A stretch of 64,000 bases of DNA. It comes from Octopus sinensis (taxonomy: Eukaryota). The stretch's first letter is position 1. Every line of letters begins with the position of its first letter. The stretch lies in the NCBI RefSeq assembly GCF_006345805.1, contig NC_042999.1, positions 57,412,001 through 57,476,000 of the forward strand. Reading direction: 5' to 3'. Below are positions 54,500-64,000 of the stretch, one piece after another. The position numbers and the translations under genes were made by a program. The notes beneath the pieces were generated by a model. It did not search any database. It was not told the origin of the DNA and saw only the letters and a program-made list of their open reading frames with translations.

Positions 54500-55510
54500 T
54501 CTACAATCCTTCCATGGTTCCTCTCCTCTGACTAATGCAATCCCATAAAAATTGTCGATGGCCCATCTGGTCTATGATGGAATTTGACACTGCTGCCCTC
54601 AACTGTGCTTCATGTCGAGCCATTGGTCCATCTGGTATTGTGGATAGGAGAATGTCCAGTTTCTTTTTGAAGACTTCCACATCTATATCGTGTAAGTTTC
54701 TCAATTGTTTTGGCAGAGCATTGAAAAGCTGTAGTCCTCTGAACCCTAGGCTATTGCAGTACCTGGTTCTTATATTATATGCATTGGACAGTACCTTTGG
54801 TACTATGCAGTGGCATCCAGTATGAACATTCATATAACACTTGATGCCAAAATTGGGTACTAGCCCTTTCAGCATTTTCCACATGTCTGCACTCTAGGGT
54901 GTAGAGTGGTCATTCTTTCAGCCTCTCCCTGTAGTCCATCTGTTGGACTGTAGCAATCTTTTTAGTGTAGTGATACTGGATTGCTTCAAGCTCAATTGCT
55001 AGCTTGACAGTGTGTGGTGACCACAGCTGAGAGCAATAGTCTAGGTGGCCGAGGGAAAAGGTCTTCCATAGAGTCAACATGACTTTCTGATCTCTTGTCT
55101 TGAATGTCCATATAATCCATCCCACCATTTGCCTGCAATTTGCTGCCAACTTGGTAATGTGCATGTTAAATGATGCATCATTACACATACTGATGCCCAG
55201 GTCTCTCACTGTTTGTGACTCTGGAATTGCAGCCCCTTCAGGTCCTATAAATGCCGGTTGTTGAGCATTTGTGATCTTATAGTGCAGTGCTTGAAATTTC
55301 TCAACATTAAATTGCAAATTGCTTTGCTCTGCCCACTTGTATGTTGCATTTAGGTCATTCTGCACATTTACAACATCATTCGGATACTTTATTGCCTGTG
55401 ATAATTTTGTATCATCAGCATATCTAGTGACTGTGGCTGTCTAAGTGATTGTGGGCATGTCCAAGAGGGCTACTATAAACACTAATGGCCCTAAGACACT
55501 TCCCTGAGGG
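54500..55510 (-). mobile_element. Degenerate CR1-like LINE 3' region
   Basis: [15 protein letters not shown]-like, QNDLNATYKWAEQSNLQFNVEKFQ, RDLGI, HLDYCSQLWSP. Confidence 0.8.
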
Positions 55511-55627
55511 ACAGCACTTGAAATATGTGTTATATATATTTTCAGGATTTAATAATTTTTTACATATATCAAATAATTATTTTACTATATATGTGTGTGC
55601 ACATATATATATATGTACATACATATG

Positions 55628-55683
<56 letters not shown>

Positions 55684-55790
55684 CTGCTCGCGTAGCCAGC
55701 GGGGTGGCGTCATTCGAAGGCTAAAACACTGTGAACGCATTGTGACCAGCGATGTGTAACAACATCTGATGGTCTGGTCGGTCACGTGAT

Positions 55791-55847
<57 letters not shown>

Positions 55848-56371
55848 TACATATGTATATATATATACACCACCCAGCGAACATCCAGCGAACATCCACC
55901 ATGGGTCATCACATTTGCTTAAGGTAAAAATGAATTCCTCGCTCTTTCGGAAACATCAATCTTCTGTATTGACCGCTTTCCACCACTTTGATCTGTTTTT
56001 TGTATTGAATACGTATCGCCACCGTGGGCCACTGCATCGAACACTTTGAACATATACTTCAAACTATATATCAACTATACATGAACTATATATCAACTAT
56101 ACATGAACTCTAAGATGTCTGACTCCGTTGTGTATTATAAATGAATTTCTTGTGTTTGACGGCATGAGCTGTCTTTTTTTATATATAACTTTTTTTGATA
56201 AAGTTCATTTCAGGAACTGAAACATGTTATAATGTATATATATAAAAATTAAAAATTGTATAATACAGCAGCATTTTCGAACTTCATTTTTTACAAATAT
56301 ATATATATACATATACACACACATATATACATAAACACATACACACACACACACATACACACACATATATA

Positions 56372-57256
56372 CAGTTTGTCCCAAAAGTCACTGATGGGTT
56401 TCAATTTTTAATAACTTCCTTAACTTTACAAATAAATGCATGAAATTTTGATACAATATAAAGGACATAAAGGAAATTAATGTGCATGAGTCAAATTTTG
56501 CAACACCACTACATCACATATGAAAAAGGACATCATTTAAATGGCACCCATTTTCGGCTTCACATGCCCGTGCTCTTTCCAAAGCATGCACCATAACACC
56601 CTCAAGAGTTTCAGACTCCACTTCTCTGGTTTCTCTAATGATGTTCTCCTTCAGTTGCACCAAAATCTCCAGTTTGTTAATGTAAACCCTCTCTTTCAGG
56701 TATCCTCACTAGAAAAGATCCAGGCTAGTCAAATCTGGGCAACATGAAGGCCAGTTGACATTACCATAGCGGATTATTCTCTCTCCTTAGCACTGCCATA
56801 GCAACTGCATTGTTTCTCTTGCAGTATGAGCAATTGCCCCATCTTGCTGGAACCATGTGTGAGGTCTACTCTGAATGGCCTTCATGTTCTCCAGACTTGA
56901 CTAGCCCAGATTTTTTCTTGTGGAGATACCTGAAAGAGAAGGTTTATGTCAACAAACCAGAAACCCTGGTGCAACTGAAGGAGAATATCAATAGAGAAAT
57001 TAGAGAAGTGGGGTCTGAAACTCTTCAGGGTTTTATGGTGAATATTTGGAAAGAGCACGGGCATGTGAAGCCGAAAATGGGTGCCATTTAATCGATGTCA
57101 TTTTTCATATGTGATGTAGTGGTGTTGCAAAATTTGACCTGTGCATATTAATTTCCATTATGTCCTTTATATTGTATCAAAATTTCATGCATTTATTTGT
57201 AAAGTTAAGGAAGTTATTAAAAATTGAAACCTGTTAGTGACTTTTGGGACACCCTG
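56372..57256. mobile_element. Fold-back Tc1/mariner derivative made of two inverted 3' ends
   Basis: About 390-bp inverted arms (56372-56760 and 56868-57256); TIR-like CAG..TGTCCCAAAAGTCACT with TA at both ends; arm encodes WPSCSPDLTSPDFFLWRYLKEKVY. Confidence 0.85.
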
Positions 57257-57273
57257 TATAAATATATATATAT

Positions 57274-57685
57274 AAATTATATTAAAGATAAAACCACTAT
57301 TAGGCAAATCAAACAGTGAAAAACATAAACCAATACATAAAAATAAATATAATTAATATAATATACAAAATATATAAAATCTAAAATTTAAAATTTAAAT
57401 TATTTGAATTTAAAATTTTTAATTTATATTTATAAATTTTTATATTTTATATTTTTATATATATATTTTAATTTTAAATTTATAAATTTTTAAACTTTTA
57501 AACTTTTTATTTTTTTATTTAAATATGTATAACTATCAAAAAGTATTCAAAAGTTTAATATAAGATAATAAGTAATTTAATTTAATTTAAGATAATAATA
57601 ATAACTAATTTGGGCAGGCTTCACCTTTTGCTATTAAAAGGTTTTCCATCTAATATTTGCATTCTGTTGTACATTTATATATATC

Positions 57686-57751
<66 letters not shown>

Positions 57752-58417
57752 TGTATGTATATATATGTGTGTATTATATATTCAGACTTAGCTAATAAAA
57801 AATACAGGTGAACGGTATATTTTGTTTAAAATACTTATCTTATATTAAACTTTTTAATACTTTTTGATAGTTATATATATTTAAATTTTTTAAAAAATTA
57901 AAAGTTTTAAAATTTAAAAAAAAATATATATATAGAAATATAAAAATTTATAAATATAAATTAAAAATTTTAAATTTAAATAATTTAAATTTTAAATTTT
58001 ATATTTTATATATTTTTTATATATTTTGTATATTATATTAATTATATTTATTTTTATGTATTGGTTTATGTTTTTCACTGTTTGATTTGCCTAATAGTGG
58101 TTTTATCTCTAATATAATTTATATTTATACTGTGAAATTTGATTTAATCTTAAATCTAATTTTTCCCTGTAAATTTTGATTTACTCCCTAATATTATTAT
58201 TATATATATATATATATATATAAATCAGAAAAATAATTTGGGCAGGCTTCACCCTTTGCTATTAAAAAGTTTTTCATCTAATATTTATATTCTGTTGTAC
58301 ATTTGTATATATCATAGATATATATATATATGCATGTATGTATATATATATGTGTGTATTATATATTCAGACTTAGCTAATATATAATACAGGTGAACGG
58401 TATATTTTGTTTAAAAT
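57274..58417. repeat. AT-rich inverted repeat (about 290-bp arms) whose spacer is directly duplicated downstream
   Basis: 57274-57573 is inverted relative to 57832-58120; 57606-57832 is repeated at 58234-58417. Confidence 0.8.
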
Positions 58418-58689
58418 TATTAAATAAAGCATAAAATATTTATATTTTTATACACACTTATATATGTGCATATATTACAGGTCTTTTAATGTCAGGTAAA
58501 GGTGTTCTAGTAAAGTTTAAATACTTTATATTTATGGGTCAAAGATATTTGTGAAATAAAAAATTTGTTTCTTGTTTAATAGACTGTCTTTAAAACATGT
58601 ATTAAATTTTATTTCGCAAATAAAAGATAACTATATGGAAACACGTTTTTAGTTAATTATTTTTACATGGTTAATTATTTTTACTTTAC

Positions 58690-59470
58690 AGGTGCATAAA
58701 TATCAAAGGAAGGTTAACTGGGAAGATAGTTTTTGTGTGTGGCAGATGCACAGGGACAATAAATACAGAAGATGTACAGAAAACAGATTCCATCACATGC
58801 CAGGGGCAAATAAACTAGAAGTAGTTAATAGCTTCCACTACCTAGGCAACCAAGTCTGTAGTGGGGATAGTTGCTCTGAGAGTGTTGTGGCTCGAATAAA
58901 TATAGCCTGGACAAAGTTCAGGGAGCTCCTACCTCTGCTGGTAACTAAGGGCCTCTCACTTAGGATGAAAGGTAGACTGTATGATGTTTATGTGTAAACT
59001 GCCATGCTACACAGCAGTGAAACATAGGCCATGACTGCTGAGGACATGCATAGGCTTAAAAGAAATGAAGCTAGTATGATCCACTGGATGTTTAATGTCA
59101 GTGTGCATACACGACAGAGTGTAAGCACCCTAAGAGAAAAGTTGGACATAAGAAGCATCAAATGCAGAGTGCAAGAAAGACAATTGCACTGGTATGGTCA
59201 TGTATTATGTATGGATGAGGACAACTGTGAGGAAGTGCCACTCCTTAACTGTGGAAAGAACCTGCGGAAGTGGTAGACCTGGGAAGACATGGGATGAGAT
59301 GGTGAAGTATGACCATCTAACATTGGGCCTCACAGAGGCAATGACAGGAGACCGAAACCTTTGGAAATGTGCTGTGATTGAGAAGACCCGGTAACTAAAG
59401 TGAGATTGCAGCCATGGCTGAAGCCAGTGTTGCATGTCCAGCCCATTTAAGAGTACCCTTGATGCATCGG
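58690..59470 (+). mobile_element. Degenerate RTE LINE fragment
   Basis: LEVVNSFHYLG...WTKFRELLPLLVTKGLSLRMKGRLY...; same family as 62213-64000. Confidence 0.85.
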
Positions 59471-59529
59471 ATGTTATGATATGCTTGAGATGACCTGTTG
59501 AGTCAAGTAAAACCAAAATCGCAGCTGTG

Positions 59530-59775
59530 GCCAGTGCCCCTGACTGGCCCCCGTTTCAATTCCTTGGATGATGTAAAAAGATACCTTGATGAATTCTTTG
59601 CCATGAAACCACCTCAGTTCCGAGAAAAGGGTATTTTCAAGTTAAAGGAAAGATGGAGACGCATTGTGCAACAAAATGGTTCATATTTGGTTGATTAAAA
59701 ATGTAATGGCAAGTATTTATTGACCTTTTCCTTTCCTTTAAAAATCGGCATGAACTTTCCGGACAACCCAATACA
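59530..59775 (+). mobile_element. mariner 3' end
   Basis: FNSLDDVKRYLDEFFAMKPPQF.EKGIFKLKERWRRIVQQNGSYLVD*, followed by TIR-like aaaaatcggcatgaactttccggacaacccaaTA. Confidence 0.8.
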
Positions 59776-60309
59776 TAGCTTCCCTTGTCACATGGAATTC
59801 ACAAATATGTTTAACAGAAAAATAGATATGATGTTGCCCACACTCCATGAAAATTCTAAAGAATGACATTTCAAAATACACATTTTTCAGATAGTCCTGG
59901 TAGTTCGTATTTCTTTGAAATCATCGTCAGCTTAAGTCCTCATTCAAAAATTATTTCAATTTTGTTAAATATATTTCACTACTTTTGATTAATATATCTT
60001 TCCCTTTTGTAACAGGTGACAAAAGTTAATCCACATTAAAATTATTATAATTAACAATAAAATTTATATTTATCTCTTAACCTACTCAGAGATAAAACAT
60101 GTTTAAAGCGACAATATTTGTATGTATTGATTAAATTTTAGTCAATCAAAATTAGAACTTGTATGCAATGAGGAGATGGAAACATTAATTCAAGAACTGG
60201 ACTTTGGCATGCAGATGGCAAATCTAGGTATGTCTCAGTCTTTTTAAGCCTCATCAGCATAGCCTCCTCCAGTGTTTACCAAATCTAGCAATAGAAAATC
60301 ACAATAAAG

Positions 60310-60310
<1 letters not shown>

Positions 60311-60374
<64 letters not shown>

Positions 60375-61908
60375 TGTGTACAGTGCTCAGGTGCACTACA
60401 ACTCATCTAAAGTGTATATATAATCAGGTGTAGTTTCGGCGGATTTCGGAAAGCATGAGGGCCTTAAAGGATGCAGTGTCATGGCAGTCAACAACTGACG
60501 CAGGCAGTTTATTCCATGCTTCAGCAACTCTGAGCGTGAAAAAATGTTTCCGAAAGTCATGGGAGCTGTGTTGTTTTCTGACTTTGTAGGCATGTCCACG
60601 TGTGTTAGACACATGGAGATCAAAAAGGTGTTCAGTGTTGTTGTTGGTGAGGTGGTTGATAACTTTGTGGGTGTTTACCAAGTCCGTCGCCAGACGCCGG
60701 AGCTTCAGTGAATCCATGCCCAGGGAAACAAGGTGCTCAGAATATGGTAGGTGTCTGATGGAGGGTATGCGTTTGATTGCACGTCTCTGGACAGATTCCA
60801 GGAGGTCAATGTTCTGAGCAAGATAGGGGTTCCAAACTGATGATGTGAATTCCAAGTGTGGTCGTACCATAGCTGTATACAGTTTTAAATAGATGGCTGG
60901 AGAGCGGCTAACAAAAGTCTTGCTGAGTGATGCCAAGACACCCTCGGCCTTCTTGACAATTTTAGAGATATGCTTTGTCCAACGCAAATCACTGCTGACA
61001 GTGATGCCTAGGTCACGCTCGCAAGAGGATTTCTTGATATCAGTGTTGTGGAGGGAGTATGTGGACGCAGGGTTTTTTCTCCCAAAATGCATGGTGGTAC
61101 ACTTGTCCACAGCCAGTTTCAGTTGCCAGTCTGTGATCCATTGCTGCATTGTGTCTAGGTCTGATTGCAGGAAAGAGTTGTAGACATCAGGATCTGTCCT
61201 CTTGATTTCAAGGTACAGCTTGATGTCGTCTGCATATTTCAATACTGTGGCATTCTTTAAATTGGCATCTATGTCATTAATGTATGCCACAAACAAGAGG
61301 GGACCAAGGACAGATCCCTGTGGTACACCTGATGACATCTCATATGGTGTAGAATGCTGTCCTAGAACTGTGACTACCTCCTTTCGGCTGAGAATGAAGG
61401 ATTTCAACCAGTTAAAAAGGTCATCCCTCACACCCATTGCAGAGAGTTTCACCATAAGCCTTTTGTGTGGCACAGAGTTGAAAGCCTTAGCAAAGTCAAG
61501 GTAGACAACATCCACCCATGAGCCACTGTCAGTGATCTGAGTAATGTCCTCAAGGAACTCGACAAGCTGATCACTGCAGCTGGAGTTAGGGACAAATCCA
61601 TATTGTGAGGGTCGGATGAGACTGTGAGAGCTCCAGAAGTTCCAGAGTGTTTCTCTGACACACGATTCCATCAGTTTTGCAATACAGCTAGTGAGACTGA
61701 CTAGGCGATAGTTGACAGGTGATGTGCGGTCGCCCTTTTTGAACAGAGGAATGACACTGGCAGTTTTCCACTGCTCCGGAGTAGCACCATTGTTGAGACA
61801 GTACTGGAAGAAAATAGAAAGCTGGTGTAAAAGGAAGTACCTGCCACGTTTGAGAAGCAGGTATGTAACTCCATCAAGACCAGGGGCGGCATAGTTGCGC
61901 TTAAAGTC
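60311..61908 (-). mobile_element. 5'-truncated CR1-clade LINE with open 415-aa RT ORF and (ATT)n tail
   Basis: [52 protein letters not shown]...WNPY, WNKLP; tail 60311-60374. Confidence 0.92.
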
Positions 61909-62212
61909 TATGAGTTAACATAGCATCTTAGCATCTTTACCTAGAATGATGCCATCCATACAAAATATTTAAACGAGTACTGTATACTTAGTACAGTAAG
62001 CAAAATAATTTCAACTAAAATTACATTTGCAATGAGAGTGACTCATGTAAAAGTAAATCTGGTTGCAGCAAAGGGGCAACAACTCAGAAATGTTAATTAA
62101 TTAATGGGTTAATTAACACCTGAAGTGGGAAAGTGAAAACAGTAGTAATACTACTCTGAAATGCAATTTTTGAAAGATTAAATTATTAACAATGAGACAC
62201 ATACAATAGCTA

Positions 62213-64000
62213 CATCATCATCATCGTCGTTTAACGTCCGTTCTCCATGCTAGCATGGGTTGGACGGTTCGACCGGGGTTCTGGAAAGCCAGAAGGCTGC
62301 ACCAGGCTCCAGTCTAATTTGGCAATGTTTCTACAGCTGGATGCCCTTCCTAACGCCAACCACTCCGTGAGTGTAGTGGGTGCTTTTTACGTGCCACCTG
62401 CACAGGTGCCAGGCGGGGCTGGCAACGGCCACAGTCAGATTGGTGTATTTTATGTGCCACCGGCACGGAAGCCAGTCGAGGCGGTGCTGGCATCGGCCAC
62501 GAGTCGGATAGTGCTTTTTACGTACCACCAGACCAGGGATCCTGGCTGGTTCAATTCGATTTCGATTTCGCTTGCCCCAACATGTCTTCACAAGCAAAGG
62601 GGGTTGGCAAGGGTGCCTGTCGTACGGTCGCATTGGAGTATTTTACGTGCCACGGCCACGAGTCGGATAGTGCTTTTTACGTACCACCAGACCAGGGATC
62701 CTGGCTGGTTCAATTCGATTTCGATTTCGCTTGCCCCAACATGTCTTCACAAGCAAAGGGGGTTGGCATGGGTGCCTGTCGTACGGTCGCATTGGAGTAT
62801 TTTACGTGCCACGGCCCCGAGTCAGATAGTGCTTTTTACGTACCACCAGGCCAGGGATCCTGGCTGGTTCAATTCGGTTTCAATTTCGATTTCGCTTGCC
62901 CCAACATGTCTTCGCAAGCATGGGGGGTTGGGATGGGTGTCTGTCGTCGGATGAGGTTCTATATCGACTTCGCTTGCCTCAACCGGTCTTTGTGTCCAAG
63001 GAGGAAAGGCATTCATAAGTGGGCTGGCTCACTTGTCCTGCCTGGTCTTCTCACGTACAGAATATTTCCAAAGGTCTCGGTCTCTGGTCATTTCCTCAGT
63101 GAGGCCTAAAGTTCGAAGGTCGTGCTTCACCACCTCGTCCCAGGTTTTCCTGGGTCTACCTCTTCCACGGGTTCCCTCAACTGCTAGGGATTGGCACTTT
63201 CTCACACACCTATCTTCATCCATTCTCGCCACATGACCATACCAGCGCAATCGTCTCTCTTGCACACCACAACTGATGCTTCTTAGGTACACAACATTTC
63301 TCTCAAGGTGCTAACGCTCTGTCGAGTATGTACACTGACATTACACATCCATCGGAGCATACTGGCTTCATTCCTCACGAGCTTACGCATGTCCTCAGCA
63401 GTCACAGCCCATGTTTCGCTGCCATGTAGCATGGCTGTTCGTACACACGCATCATACAGTCTGCCTTTTACTCTGAGCGAGAGGCCTTTAGTCACCAGCA
63501 GAGGTAAGAGCTCCCTAAATTTGCCCAGGCTATTCTTATTCTAGCAGTTACACTTTCAGCGCACCCACCCCCACTACTGACTTGGTCACCTAGATAACGG
63601 AAGCTATCAACTACTTCTAGTTTTTCCCCCTGGAAAGTGACGGAAGTTGTTTTCTGCAGATTTTCGGAGGTTAATGCTCCCGAGCATCTGCCACATACAA
63701 AACTATCTTCCCAGTTAGCCTACCTTTGACATTGCTGCACCTCTTATGTGTCCATAGCTTACACTGGGTACATCTTATAGAGTTTCTACCTACACCTTTT
63801 CTACAGATCGAGCAGGGCCATCTTCCTGAAGATATTTGTGGATTGTCTACCTTTCTACTTATTAGTACTTTGGTTTTAGCTAGGTTGACTCTAAGGCCCC
63901 TTGATTCTAAACCTCCTTCCACACCTGGAACTTCTCCTCCAGTTCTGATAGTGACTCAGCAATAAGAGCAAGGTCGTCAGCGTAGAGGAGCTCCCAGGGA
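62213..64000 (-). mobile_element. RTE LINE 3' part (runs off the window) with tandem 159-bp repeats in its 3' UTR
   Basis: LESRGLRVNLAKTKV, CSICRKGVGRNSI.C..C, LSLRVKGRLY, RLRWYGHV, GRGRPRKTW; (GAT)n tail; repeat starts at 62495, 62654 and 62813. Confidence 0.92.

Noticed and set aside
58692-58997. ORF after a good acceptor (ttttacAG) as a host exon
   Set aside because: The sequence is the reverse-complement homologue of the RTE at 63400-63740, so it is TE-derived.
61944-61994. Candidate exon NDAIHTKYLNEYCILST with GTAAGC donor
   Set aside because: Phase-incompatible with the 60142-60227 candidate (joining gives an immediate TGA) and no recognisable homology.

Overview
Eukaryotic, AT-rich, microsatellite- and transposon-dense window. 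The repeat landscape suggests a coleoid cephalopod, probably Octopus; this is an inference, not a database result. One host gene can be fully assembled by hand on the + strand: TGDS-like dTDP/UDP-glucose 4,6-dehydratase, 11 coding exons (15775-48674), all GT-AG, phases consistent, 1008 nt, 335 aa. A probable non-coding first exon and promoter lies near 2.9 kb. The rest is mobile DNA: a near-intact RTE LINE, an R4/Dong LINE plus several Dong fragments in (AAT)n, Tx1-like LINEs (one inside (GATA)n), CR1-like LINEs, many Penelope-like (PLE) remnants, tRNA-derived SINEs, and hAT, pogo, mariner and Gypsy fragments. The main unannotated signal is a set of minimal hammerhead-ribozyme (HHR) motifs, several sitting in inverted-repeat structures. 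They include a composite 'tRNA-like Pol III head + (AAT)n + hammerhead' element and a related 251-bp palindromic double-HHR insertion with an 11-bp target-site duplication. All translations, alignments and folds were done by eye; TE boundaries are approximate.
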